A stretch of DNA of 56,803 nt from an uncultured Dehalococcoidia bacterium (GTDB taxonomy: Bacteria > Chloroflexota > Dehalococcoidia > DSTF01 > RBG-16-68-14). Shown piece by piece: positions 24,126 to 33,798 of this stretch. The stretch lies in assembly GCA_964418365.1 (NCBI GenBank), contig CAYQLM010000002.1, positions 40,555 through 97,357 of the forward strand, in the 5' to 3' direction. The translations under genes and the position numbers were made by a program. Under the pieces are notes generated by a model. It searched no databases and was not told the DNA's origin. It saw only the letters and a list, made by a program, of their open reading frames with translations. Every line of letters begins with the position of its first letter. The first letter of the stretch is position 1.

Positions 24126-26378
24126 TTAGCAGTTCTGGTTGTACTGCTTCACCGCGGCCAGGATGTCCGCCACTGTCTGCTGGCCATCGGCCGGGCCCAG
24201 GTTCCACACGTTGCCACCGATGATCGCGGTGCGGTCGGTGTCAATCGAGTAGAGGGCGTGGCCCTGGCCCTTGCCGTACTTGCCGACGACGGCCAGGATG
24301 TCGGCCACGGTCTGCCCGTGCGGCGTGTTCACCTTCTCTGGGTTGAAGTAGTCCCAGCGGTTACTCGGGTCGCGGAGACCGCCACCCGAAGGACCACCAG
24401 GGGTGTCACCCAACTCGCGCTTGTCCGGGCAGCCGTCGCCGTCGCTGTCACGGCAGCCGGTGTAGCCGAGGCCAACGTTCGCAACGCAACCGCCGGCCTT
24501 GTCGCCCGGTGCCTGCCGTACCAACGCCAGCTTGACGTGGATCGGCGGGCCCTTCCCTGTCGCGTCCGGGTTCGTGCAGTTGGCGAGGCCCTGGACGACC
24601 CAGATGTTCGCCTTGCCGATGCCCGTGTGAAGGTCGATCTTGGCCAGGACCTTCACGTTGCCCAACTGGCCGAGACCATCCCCGGCCGGCGGACTGTCCT
24701 GGAAGCAACCAAACAGGCTGAAGGTATTCGCGGTGTTGTCGATAGTGCCTGTCAACACAGTATGTGCGCTGTCGACGTCCGCGAATTGGTACTGCGAGAC
24801 ATCACAGGGGAGTGTCGGACAGCCCGTTCCCTGGTTAGCGAGCGTCGCACAGCTGGCGGCTGCAAGGGCACAGCCCGGCGGGGCCGCGCCAGGTAGGCCG
24901 TCACCGCAGAACTTGGCCGCAGCCGGCCCGCAGCTGTTGACGCCGGTCATCGGGTTCCCGGACGCGGCCTGCGGGTTCACCGTGATCGTCGCGGAGTCGA
25001 TGTAGCACAGGATACGTGCGGTTAGGTTCTTCCCACTCTGCTGGATGTCTGCCTTGCAGTCGTAGTAGAGGCCGGGCGCGCCGACGTCGGCCCGTACTGC
25101 CTCAGCGGTGATGTCGTAGCTCCCGCTCACGTCCACCGGGCTGCCCCCGGTCGGGTCGTACGGGTTCCAGGGGTCGTCGCCGCACTTGGCGGTCGAGCCC
25201 ACCTTGTCGGCGAACAGCTCGTCCATGTCGGTGCAGCCGTCGCCGTCGAAGTCACGCGTCGTCAAGATCCGCGTGAGCGAGATCGGGAACAGTACTCCGC
25301 CTGGACCCGGAGCGATTCCGTTCTGCGCTTCGGTGCACATGGCGTTCGTCGCGCCGAAGAACAGCGCCGCTGTGCCGAAGGAGACGCTGCCTACCGGCCC
25401 GTCTTGAGCCTTCGCGTTCGCAACTGTGGTCACAGTCACCACGTTCGGGCCTAGCGATCCGCCGATGTCGGCGAAGCAGCCCACCGTAATGAGCGTGTCA
25501 GGTGCAACCGGTGACCAAGGTGTGGGGAATTTGGGATCAGTACAGGCCGGTCCCCCCGCCGGACAGTACAATCCGTTCAGTTTGGTCGGCTGCAGCGGGC
25601 TGTACGGCGGCGGGTCGACGTGGCCGTTGCAGCTGCCCTCATTTGCGACAACCGGCGTGGCGCCACCACCCGTGCTGTGCACTGCGGCGCAAGGCGGCTC
25701 GCCTGCGCCTACCCCCGCGGCGAACTCGGTGTAGCACTGCGCCGCGCTCTTTATCGTGAGCTTCGCCGCGTCCTCATCGGTGCGGACGATGCAATGGTAG
25801 AGCCCCGGGCCGGCGTCCACGTCGAAGAGGCCGGTGAGATTACCGCCGGGACACGGCTTAGGTGCCCATAGGGTCATCGTGTCGGAAGCCGGTGGATACT
25901 CGCTGGTATCTACTCCGGGGCATGGAGGTACCGCATCGAGTTCCACGGTTCCATCAGATACAGACGGCGTCGGTGGCGGCGGCGGTATCACTCCGCAATT
26001 GGTTGGTGTCGGTATGGGCGTAGGCACGGTAACACCGAAGCGCGGCGGGTTCGGCTGTGTGCCTCCCACCACTTTCCACCACTGCCCCTTCCACCACAAA
26101 TTGTCTCCGATGAAAATCTTCTGGTCTGGTAGCTTGTTGACCCAAACGATCGCATATACCTTGTTCGGGCCGATGGAACAGTTGATAAACGCCTTTACCG
26201 TGGCCACCACTTTGAGGGGCGGCGCATCCATCGGATTCGGCGTCTTTGTGGGCACGATCGCTTGCGCCTTCGGCGCCGACGAACTCCCCAGGAGCATGAA
26301 GACAATGAGCACTACGCCCAGCAGCCCGGCCAATGCGCCGAGCCCCAGCAGGCGTGCTCTTGGACTCACGCCTTGCAT
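24126..26378 (-). CDS. Secreted Cys-rich 750-aa protein with internal and C-terminal DGDGC..EL..DP.N.(W/F)D modules and dockerin-like tail (paralog A)
   Basis: GGAGGT RBS before the ATG at 26378. Signal/TM LLGLGALAGLLGVVLIVFMLLG. C-terminus CRDSDGDGCPDKRELGD...DPSNRWDYFNPEKV...TVADILAVVGKYG...NVWNLGPADGQQTVADILAAVKQYNQNC. Confidence 0.8.
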   Translation of the reverse strand: MQGVSPRARLLGLGALAGLLGVVLIVFMLLGSSSAPKAQAIVPTKTPNPMDAPPLKVVATVKAFINCSIGPNKVYAIVWVNKLPDQKIFIGDNLWWKGQWWKVVGGTQPNPPRFGVTVPTPIPTPTNCGVIPPPPPTPSVSDGTVELDAVPPCPGVDTSEYPPASDTMTLWAPKPCPGGNLTGLFDVDAGPGLYHCIVRTDEDAAKLTIKSAAQCYTEFAAGVGAGEPPCAAVHSTGGGATPVVANEGSCNGHVDPPPYSPLQPTKLNGLYCPAGGPACTDPKFPTPWSPVAPDTLITVGCFADIGGSLGPNVVTVTTVANAKAQDGPVGSVSFGTAALFFGATNAMCTEAQNGIAPGPGGVLFPISLTRILTTRDFDGDGCTDMDELFADKVGSTAKCGDDPWNPYDPTGGSPVDVSGSYDITAEAVRADVGAPGLYYDCKADIQQSGKNLTARILCYIDSATITVNPQAASGNPMTGVNSCGPAAAKFCGDGLPGAAPPGCALAAASCATLANQGTGCPTLPCDVSQYQFADVDSAHTVLTGTIDNTANTFSLFGCFQDSPPAGDGLGQLGNVKVLAKIDLHTGIGKANIWVVQGLANCTNPDATGKGPPIHVKLALVRQAPGDKAGGCVANVGLGYTGCRDSDGDGCPDKRELGDTPGGPSGGGLRDPSNRWDYFNPEKVNTPHGQTVADILAVVGKYGKGQGHALYSIDTDRTAIIGGNVWNLGPADGQQTVADILAAVKQYNQNC

Positions 26379-26764
26379 ACAGTTACCTCCTCTGTCATCC
26401 CTGATTGAGTCTTGAGTACGGTTGGTCTGATTTCTAGAGACTAGCCTGCCCCCTCCTTTCGCGAGCGATGCGCGCGCGTGAACGCCTGTATCGATTCCCA
26501 CGCTTCTCGCCCGCGTGCCAGGTGGCACAGCGTACAGAGGAGGTACTTGCATGCCATGGGACTCGATACAGGCGTCCCGCAAGGACGCATCGGCAGCGTG
26601 ATCGCGCCCGGGGCGCAATCAGCCGTACCAGGGGATGTCCGTGATCCTCGGGTGCTTCGTTGAACCGCCACGACGTGGCCGTTGCTGGGCCACCTTGCCA
26701 CAGCATTCCTGCCCCCGCCCCTCGGAATGCACAGCCGATTGGGAATCGTATCCCACCGGGTTCT

Positions 26765-26800
26765 GTGCCACCGTCGCGTCTAGTATACACCCGCTCGTCA
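26765..26800 (-). promoter_or_regulatory. Conserved upstream element (probable -10 TATACT plus leader start) about 400 nt before paralog A
   Basis: Minus strand GGGCTTGACGAGCGGGTGTATACTAGACGCGACGGTGGCAC. Near-identical to 29791-29826. Confidence 0.45.
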
Positions 26801-26832
26801 AGCCCCCAGATGTGCGGCGTGCGCTTCCTGAA

Positions 26833-26859
26833 GAGAAGCCCCCGATTGGGGGCCTCTCT
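26833..26859 (-). terminator. Hairpin terminator downstream of paralog B
   Basis: gagaagccccc-gatt-gggggcctctc. Homologous to the 24075 hairpin, including flanks. Confidence 0.55.
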
Positions 26860-26883
26860 TGATTCGTCCTGTGGTGCCGGCGG

Positions 26884-29499
26884 TTAGCAGTTGTGGTTGT
26901 ACTGCTTGACCGCGGCCAGGATGTCCGCCACCGACTGCTGGCCATCGGGCGGACCCAGGTTCCACACGTTGCCACCGATAAGCGCGGTGCGGTCGGTGTC
27001 GATCTGGTAGGCAGCGTTGCCCTGGTTCTTGCCGTACTGGCCCACGACCTTGAGGATGTCCGCCACGGTCTGGGCGTGCGGCGTGTTGACCTTCTCCGGG
27101 TTGAAGAAGTCAAACGGGTTCATCGGGTCGCGCAGGCCGCCACCCGTGGGGCCACCCTGGGTGTCACCCAGCTCCCGCTTGTCCGGGCAGCCGTCGCCGT
27201 CGCCGTCACGGCAGCCGGTGTAGCCCAGGCCAACGTTAGCCACGCAGCCACCGGTCTTGTTGCCGGGCGCCTGCCGGACCGCCGCGACTTGAACGATGCC
27301 GCCGACGCCTGTCGGCGTGCCGGCTACGCAGTTGGCGCGCGTCTCGGCCACGTAGATATTGGCCTTGCCGATGCCGGTGTGAGCGTCGAACTTGGCCACG
27401 ACGTAGACGTTGCCCAACTGACCCAAGCCGTCGCCTTCGGGCGGGTCGGCGCTGAAGCAGCCGGCCAGGTTAATGTTGTTACTGATGTTGTCCAACGTTC
27501 CGGTCAGCACCGTGTGCTTGTTGTCGACGTCCGCAAACTGGTACTGCGAAACGTCACAGGGGAGGGACGGACAGCCCGCTCCCTGACCTGCGAGAGTGGC
27601 GCAGGGCGGCGCGGTTTGGGCACAGCCCGGCGGCGCAGCTGCCGGTAAGCCGTCGCCGCAGAACTTGGCCGCAGCCGGCCCGCAGCTGTTGACGCCCGTC
27701 ATTGAGTTGCCCGACGCCGCCTGCGGGTTCACCGTGATCCCTGCGGAATCGATGTAGCACAGGAGGCGAGCGGTCAGGTTCTTGCCGCTCTGCTGGATGT
27801 CAGTAATGCAGTTGTAGTAGAAGCCGGGCGCGCCCACATCGGCGCGAATGGCCTCAGCTGTGATGTCCCAGGTTCCGCTCACCTCCGAGCTGCCCTCAAC
27901 CGCGTACGGGTTGAAGGGGTCCTGTGGACACTTGGTCGCTGAGCCCGGCTTGTTCTGCCAGAGCTTGTCCATGTCTGTGCAGGTGCCCACACCAGTGTAG
28001 ACTCGCGTCGTGGCTCGCCGGGTCAGCGTCGATACCAGCGCGAGCGTCCCGTTGCCCGCCAACGTAACATCCCAGGTCCCGGCCTGGGCGTTCGTGCACT
28101 GGGAGTTGGTCGCAGCGATGTAGACCGTTGCGTTGTTCGTGTTCGAGTTGCCAATCGTCGGGTTGGTTGCCACGGCGTTTGTCGAGGTGGTCTTGACCAC
28201 CACGTTGGGGCCGAGGGTCGTGCCGAAGTCCGCCAGACAGCCGATCTGCCAGGTGCCGTCCGTCGGAACGCTCGAACCGTCCGGTGCCGTACATGGGCCA
28301 GACTGACAGTAGAAGCCGTTGAGCTTGTACGGCGCGAGCGAGGTGTAAGGCGGCCCCGCGGAATAGCCCGCGCGGGCACCGCAGTCTCCTTCACCGGGCA
28401 CGGTGTTCGTGACAGGGTTGGCCCCCTGCGGGCCGGGGCCGTGCCAGAGCCCGCACGGCGGCATCCCCGCCCCTATGGCGAGGGAAGCCGTAGACCCGCA
28501 CGCGAGCGATGACTTCATCGCCTGCTGCCCGCCTGATATAGTCGAGTCCTCATCCGTCCGCACCATACACGCGTACGCCGTCGTCGCGGGCGACGGGTTA
28601 TACGTGCAAGGGCCCGCTGGCGCGGAAGTCCCCGCACAGGCGTCGAACAGCCCGCTTAGGACGCCCGCGCCGTCGGGCTTAGACGTGTCTTTCTTGCCGC
28701 CCGGCTGCTGTACCACGAGCTTATTGAAGAACTGATCGAAAGGTCCGGGGGTTCCGTTTATGTAGGGGAAGGGCGCAAAATCCTTAGGCCAAGCGACGTT
28801 CGGAATCTGCCAGACCTTATTGGTGAAGCCCGAAACCCGGGCGGCGCCCAGCCCCATCCGCAGCTTGTTGAGGAAGGCCTGTCCTCTAGCGTCGAAGCCC
28901 GTATAGCATTCGATGAACTTAAGGTGTTCAATCTTCCCCTTCGCGCCGTTGATGAAGATTTTCTGTTTGTCGCGCTGGGTTTCGCTTTCATTCCCTATGA
29001 CATCGTTGCCAATTTGGGCTTGGCCGGGAAAACCATGGCCCACGATAAAGATGTTCAGTTTTCTGCGAGGGTTATTCGCGTTGTACGCATTATTGATTTC
29101 ATCGACCGCTCCTTGCACGGTCGTTATTTTCTTTATACGATCATCGATGTTCGGCTGCTTACGCAATATGCGCTCGGCACCAACAAGATACCCGTCGGTA
29201 TTGTCATCCTTGATGAGCGTGATATCGACTCTCTTCTCGACAGGCTGCAGGTTGGAAATGATCATGAAGTCGGCCTTCGCCGTCGGTGGGTTATTTTTCG
29301 CGGGCACTGGAACATCGACGAACGGCGGGAACCCCTTATTTCCTGCGCCTGGGCAGCCAGCTTCGGGCACGTCGCCGGGAGTTTGCGCACTGGTAGTTCC
29401 CGGGTGGAAGGCGAGAACTGTGGCAAAGGCCAGCGCCGCGATGATCCCGCCCCCCAGGACGAGATCGAGCAGACCTGCTCTTGAACTCACGCGTCGCAT
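26884..29499 (-). CDS. Secreted Cys-rich 871-aa protein (paralog B) with an extra AT-richer N-terminal domain (DUF4347-like?)
   Basis: GGAGGT RBS. Signal LLDLVLGGGIIAALAFATVLA. C-terminal ~600 aa collinear with paralog A. N-domain ..KLNIFIVGHGFPGQAQIGND... Confidence 0.8.
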   Translation of the reverse strand: MRRVSSRAGLLDLVLGGGIIAALAFATVLAFHPGTTSAQTPGDVPEAGCPGAGNKGFPPFVDVPVPAKNNPPTAKADFMIISNLQPVEKRVDITLIKDDNTDGYLVGAERILRKQPNIDDRIKKITTVQGAVDEINNAYNANNPRRKLNIFIVGHGFPGQAQIGNDVIGNESETQRDKQKIFINGAKGKIEHLKFIECYTGFDARGQAFLNKLRMGLGAARVSGFTNKVWQIPNVAWPKDFAPFPYINGTPGPFDQFFNKLVVQQPGGKKDTSKPDGAGVLSGLFDACAGTSAPAGPCTYNPSPATTAYACMVRTDEDSTISGGQQAMKSSLACGSTASLAIGAGMPPCGLWHGPGPQGANPVTNTVPGEGDCGARAGYSAGPPYTSLAPYKLNGFYCQSGPCTAPDGSSVPTDGTWQIGCLADFGTTLGPNVVVKTTSTNAVATNPTIGNSNTNNATVYIAATNSQCTNAQAGTWDVTLAGNGTLALVSTLTRRATTRVYTGVGTCTDMDKLWQNKPGSATKCPQDPFNPYAVEGSSEVSGTWDITAEAIRADVGAPGFYYNCITDIQQSGKNLTARLLCYIDSAGITVNPQAASGNSMTGVNSCGPAAAKFCGDGLPAAAPPGCAQTAPPCATLAGQGAGCPSLPCDVSQYQFADVDNKHTVLTGTLDNISNNINLAGCFSADPPEGDGLGQLGNVYVVAKFDAHTGIGKANIYVAETRANCVAGTPTGVGGIVQVAAVRQAPGNKTGGCVANVGLGYTGCRDGDGDGCPDKRELGDTQGGPTGGGLRDPMNPFDFFNPEKVNTPHAQTVADILKVVGQYGKNQGNAAYQIDTDRTALIGGNVWNLGPPDGQQSVADILAAVKQYNHNC

Positions 29500-29790
29500 G
29501 TGAATACCTCCTCTGTGCGTTTGGTCATGAATTCAACTAGGGTTGCGCGTGATTGGAGCCTTGCCTTTCCTTACCCTTCAGGGTGGCGGTGCCAGACCTG
29601 GCGCCCAGATGCCGTGTTGCGGGGAGCACGGGTAGAGCGAGCAGGTACGCTTCGCCTGCGGGGAGCCGATGGGTTCATCGGGTAAGATGCGTCCGCCAAG
29701 GCAAGTATCAGCCACGCCGTTGCTTTTCCTAGCCGGTTGCGGGGAGCCCACCAGTGGTGCCCGAAGCGGGCACGTTTAGCAGACCAAGTA

Positions 29791-29826
29791 TGACCACCGT
29801 CGCATCTAATATACACCCGCCGTCAA
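29791..29826 (-). promoter_or_regulatory. Conserved upstream element (probable -10 TATATT plus leader start) about 300 nt before paralog B
   Basis: Minus strand GGGCTTGACGGCGGGTGTATATTAGATGCGACGGTGGTCA. Confidence 0.45.
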
Positions 29827-29904
29827 GCCCTCCCTTGACGCCCGCCGCGTCCGTTCGCTAAGATGAAAGTCGGGCGGCGCCCCAGGGCGCTGCTTTTGCA
29901 TTAG

Positions 29905-31575
29905 ATGACGAAGTACATCTTTGTCACCGGCGGTGTCGTAAGTTCCGTAGGGAAAGGCATCACCACCGCCGCCATCGGGCGCATCCTCAAGTCCCGAGGC
30001 CTCTCCGTCGCCGTCCAGAAGCTCGACCCGTACCTCAATGTCGACCCCGGCACGATGTCGCCTTACCAGCACGGCGAAGTCTTCGTCACCGGCGACGGCT
30101 CCGAGACCGACCTCGACCTCGGCCACTACGAACGCTTCCTCGACCAGGACCTGACCCGCGGCAGCTCCGTCACCACGGGCCAGATCTACCAGGCCGTCCT
30201 CGCCAAGGAGCGCCGCGGCGACTTCCTCGGCGGCACCATCCAGCCCATCCCGCACGTCACGAACGAGATCAAGGGCCGCATCCGCGCCCTCGCCCGCGAG
30301 AGCGGCGCCGACGTCGTTATCATCGAGGTCGGCGGCACCGTAGGTGACATCGAGGGCCAGCCCTTCCTGGAAGCGATCCGCCAGATGCGCAAGGAGGACG
30401 GCCACCAGAACAGCGTCTCCGTCCACGTGACCCTGCTGCCCTACATCGGCGCGACGGGCGAGCTCAAGACCAAGCCCAGCCAGCACAGCGTGCGCGAGCT
30501 GCGCAGCATGGGTATCGCGCCCGATGTCATCGTCTGCCGGAGCGACCGTGCGGTCTCAGATGCCATAAAGTCGAAGATCGCCCTGTTCTGCGACGTCGAA
30601 CGACGTGGCGTCGTCGCCCTGCTTACGATGCCGACGATCTACGAGGTGCCGCTCGTTCTCGAGGACGAAGGACTGGGAGATTATGTCCTGGAGCTCCTCC
30701 ACCTCGAGGCCGCTGACCGCGATCTCGCCGACTGGCGCGAGCTGGTCGAGCGCCTCCAGAACCCCGCCGGCCGGCTCACCGTCGCCATCGTCGGCAAATA
30801 CGTGGAGCTGCACGATGCCTACTACTCCGTTAAAGAGTCGCTTATCCACGCCGGTGTCTTCCACAACGTCGCCGTGGACATCCGCTGGATCCATTCCGAG
30901 CTGCTCGACAGCGGCGATGTCTCGCTCCTGGAAGGGGTCGACGCCATCGCCGTGCCCGGCGGCTTCGGCGAACGCGGTATCGAGGGCAAGATCCAGGCCG
31001 CCCGCTTCGCGCGCACCCACGGCATCCCGTATCTCGGCCTCTGCCTCGGTATGCAGGTCATGGTCGTCGAAGCGGCACGTGCCATGCTCGGCACCGATGA
31101 CGTGAACTCCAGCGAGTTCGCTCCCGATACCGCCCATCCGGTCATCAGCCTCCTCTCAGAGCAGGAGGGCGTCACCGATAAGGGCGCGACGATGCGCCTC
31201 GGCTGCTACCCCTGCCGCCTCGTGCCCGGCACGAAGGCGCACGCGGCCTACGGCGTGGACGAGGTCGAGGAGCGCCACCGGCATCGCTACGAGTTCAACA
31301 ACGCCTATCGAGAGTCCCTGGCTGACTTCGGGCTGATCGCCAGCGGCGTCTCTCCCGACGGCCAGCTCGTCGAGATCTGCGAGCTGCGCGACCACCCGTT
31401 CATGGTCGGCTCCCAGTTCCACCCGGAGTTCCGCTCCCGCCCGCTTCGACCCCACCCGCTCTTTCGCGAGCTCATCGCCGCCGCTGTACGTTGCACCGAG
31501 GCGGCCGTTCCCGTAGAGCTGTCGTCTGCGCCGCGAGCGGCCGACGTCACGGCTGTCGCCGGGGGCGGCGCCTGA
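29905..31575 (+). CDS. pyrG: CTP synthase
   Basis: [19 protein letters not shown]..., GATase elbow YLGLCLGMQ, ..HRHRYEFN.. Confidence 0.95.
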   Translation: MTKYIFVTGGVVSSVGKGITTAAIGRILKSRGLSVAVQKLDPYLNVDPGTMSPYQHGEVFVTGDGSETDLDLGHYERFLDQDLTRGSSVTTGQIYQAVLAKERRGDFLGGTIQPIPHVTNEIKGRIRALARESGADVVIIEVGGTVGDIEGQPFLEAIRQMRKEDGHQNSVSVHVTLLPYIGATGELKTKPSQHSVRELRSMGIAPDVIVCRSDRAVSDAIKSKIALFCDVERRGVVALLTMPTIYEVPLVLEDEGLGDYVLELLHLEAADRDLADWRELVERLQNPAGRLTVAIVGKYVELHDAYYSVKESLIHAGVFHNVAVDIRWIHSELLDSGDVSLLEGVDAIAVPGGFGERGIEGKIQAARFARTHGIPYLGLCLGMQVMVVEAARAMLGTDDVNSSEFAPDTAHPVISLLSEQEGVTDKGATMRLGCYPCRLVPGTKAHAAYGVDEVEERHRHRYEFNNAYRESLADFGLIASGVSPDGQLVEICELRDHPFMVGSQFHPEFRSRPLRPHPLFRELIAAAVRCTEAAVPVELSSAPRAADVTAVAGGGA

Positions 31576-31665
31576 GCCTGCTGTCGGCGGCCCGGCGTTC
31601 GCGCCGGAGCGCTACAATGACATTGTTCGGTACCGGCCGGGAGGCCGATACGTAGGGGAGGAAGC

Positions 31666-32346
31666 GTGCGCCTCTTTCTCGACACCGCCAACATCGACGA
31701 AGTCCGCGAAGGCGTCCGCATGGGCATCCTCGCGGGTGTGACGACGAACCCGACGCTCATGGCGAAGGAGAAGGGCTCCGGCGTCAGCTACCGCGACCGC
31801 GTCGTCGAAATCTGCGAGGCGGTGCAGGGCCCCGTCTCCGCCGAGTGCGTCTCGCGCGACCTGGCCGCTCTCCTCACTGAAGCGCGGGAAGTCGCTCAGT
31901 GGCACAAGCATGTCGTGGTGAAGATCCCAATCGATGACACGGGTCTCGAAGCGACGTCTATCCTCGCCCGCCAAGGCATCAAGATCAACATGACGCTCAT
32001 CTTCTCCGCAAACCAGGCCCTGCTCGCCGCGACCGCGGGCGCCACGTACGTCAGCCCCTTCGTCGGCCGGCTCGATGACGCGGGCCAGGACGGCATGGAG
32101 GTCGTCCGCGAGTCGGTCGAGATCTTTGACCGCTACCACCTGCCGGCCCAGGTGCTGGCCGCCAGCCTGCGCCACCCGCGCCACGTCGTCGAAGCGGCGA
32201 AGGCCGGGGCGCCCATTGCCACGCTGCCTTACGCGCTGCTCAAGGCGATGGTCCGCCACCCGCTGACGGATGTAGGCATCGAGCGCTTCCTGGCCGATTC
32301 CCGAAGCTACCAGCGCGAATCCGCGGCCGAGCGGGCCAAGTCTTGA
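31666..32346 (+). CDS. Transaldolase / fructose-6-phosphate aldolase (short Fsa/TalC type)
   Basis: MRLFLDTANIDEVREG...GVTTNPTL..., ..VVKIP.., ..NMTLIFS... GTG start with GGGGAGGAAG RBS. TACAAT at 31613. Confidence 0.9.
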   Translation: MRLFLDTANIDEVREGVRMGILAGVTTNPTLMAKEKGSGVSYRDRVVEICEAVQGPVSAECVSRDLAALLTEAREVAQWHKHVVVKIPIDDTGLEATSILARQGIKINMTLIFSANQALLAATAGATYVSPFVGRLDDAGQDGMEVVRESVEIFDRYHLPAQVLAASLRHPRHVVEAAKAGAPIATLPYALLKAMVRHPLTDVGIERFLADSRSYQRESAAERAKS

Positions 32347-32526
32347 CATTGGAGCGCCAGATACGGTATTGCATGTAGTAGACAGGTAGTTCATCATACC
32401 GTCGTAATTCCCGGCGCCCCATCTCCCGGCGCTTGCGGAACCCCTGAATGGAATCCCTTGGGACGACAGGCTGGTTGATCACCGTGTAGCCGCGCAGGCT
32501 CTTACCTAGGAGGACGAAGAAAAACC

Positions 32527-33798
32527 TTGACTATGGCCGAACTGGAAACCAAAACCCGAGAAGACCTGCTCGAGCTGGCGAAGGATCTTGGCGTGACCGG
32601 CGTCAGCGCCCTCAAGAAGCAGGACCTCATCGTCAAAGTCCTCACCAAGCAGGCGGAAAAGGACGGCAACCTCTTCGCTCAGGGCGTCCTCCAGACCGTC
32701 GAAGACGGCTACGGCTTCCTGCGCGGCGAGACCATGCTCCCCACGGTGAACGACGTGTACGTCTCCCAATCGCAGGTGCGCCGGTTCGCTCTGCGCACGG
32801 GCGATCTGGTCATGGGCCAGGTGCGGCCTCCGAAGGACGGCGAAAAGTACTACGGCCTGCTCCGGGTGGAGGCCGTCAACGGCACGGACCCGGAAGTTGC
32901 CGCGCGCAGGCCTCATTATGAGAACCTGACGGCGATCTTCCCGCAGGTGCTGGTCGATCTTGAGGCCGGCCGCCCGGGGATCGACGACCTCTCGCAGCGG
33001 GTCATCAACCTGATCGCGCCGATCGGCCGGGGCCAGCGAGCGCTTATCGTCTCGCCTCCAAAGGCGGGTAAGACATTCCTGCTCAAGGCCATCGCCCACG
33101 GGGTCATGGCCAACTACGATGACATCCATCTCATGGTCGTCCTCATCGGTGAGCGGCCCGAAGAAGTGACCGACATGAAGCGCACCGTCCAAGGAGACGT
33201 GGTCGCCTCGACGTTCGACGAGCCGGTGGAGGATCACACCCGGGTAGCTGAGATGGCGCTCGAGCGGGCCAAGCGGCTGGTCGAGGCCGGCCTGCACGTG
33301 GTGATCCTGCTCGATAGCATCACGCGCCTCACCCGCGCCTACAACCTGGCGATACCATCCAGCGGTAAAACACTCTCTGGTGGCATGGATCCCGTGGCCC
33401 TGTATCCGCCGAAGCGCTTCTTCGGCGCCGCCCGCAATACGGAAGAGGCCGGCAGCCTCACCATCATCGCCACCTGCCTCATCGACACCAATAGCCGGCT
33501 GGATGAGGTGATCTACGAGGAGTTCAAGGGTACCGGCAACATGGAGGTCCACCTGGACCGCCGCCTCGCCGACCGCCGCGTCTACCCGTCGATTGACATC
33601 GTCCGCAGCGGCACCCGCCGCGAAGAGCTGCTCATGGACGAGAAGACGCTCCAGCAGGTCTGGCTGGTGCGCCGCATGATGTCGATGATCGCCAGCAACT
33701 CGCCCAACCCGAACGAGGCGACCGAGCGGCTCCTCGAGCGCCTATCGCGCACGAAGACCAACGCCGAGTTCCTCACGACGCTGAAGGACGAGATCTAG
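32527..33798 (+). CDS. rho: Transcription termination factor Rho
   Basis: N-terminal ..LLELAKDLGV..LKKQDLI.., RNA-binding ..RFALRTGD.., Walker A PPKAGKT. Confidence 0.95.
   Translation: MTMAELETKTREDLLELAKDLGVTGVSALKKQDLIVKVLTKQAEKDGNLFAQGVLQTVEDGYGFLRGETMLPTVNDVYVSQSQVRRFALRTGDLVMGQVRPPKDGEKYYGLLRVEAVNGTDPEVAARRPHYENLTAIFPQVLVDLEAGRPGIDDLSQRVINLIAPIGRGQRALIVSPPKAGKTFLLKAIAHGVMANYDDIHLMVVLIGERPEEVTDMKRTVQGDVVASTFDEPVEDHTRVAEMALERAKRLVEAGLHVVILLDSITRLTRAYNLAIPSSGKTLSGGMDPVALYPPKRFFGAARNTEEAGSLTIIATCLIDTNSRLDEVIYEEFKGTGNMEVHLDRRLADRRVYPSIDIVRSGTRREELLMDEKTLQQVWLVRRMMSMIASNSPNPNEATERLLERLSRTKTNAEFLTTLKDEI

Noticed and set aside
26790-26800. TTGACG as the -35 box of the conserved element upstream of paralogs A and B
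   Set aside because: It lies only 8 nt (A) or 7-8 nt (B) from the TATACT/TATATT box, which is incompatible with sigma70 spacing. Its role is left open.
29600-29770. Repeated GTTGCGGGGAGC / CTGCGGGGAGCC strings as a riboswitch for pyrG on the plus strand
   Set aside because: They do not match any riboswitch consensus I know. The region is more likely the 5' leader of the divergent minus-strand paralog B. It is mentioned under that finding only.
32506-33552. Long antisense ORFs opposite rho (and similarly 39558..40541, 46670..47905, 47571..48530, 54520..55659, 55762..56478)
   Set aside because: All of them lie opposite confidently identified genes and have GC-driven open frames only.
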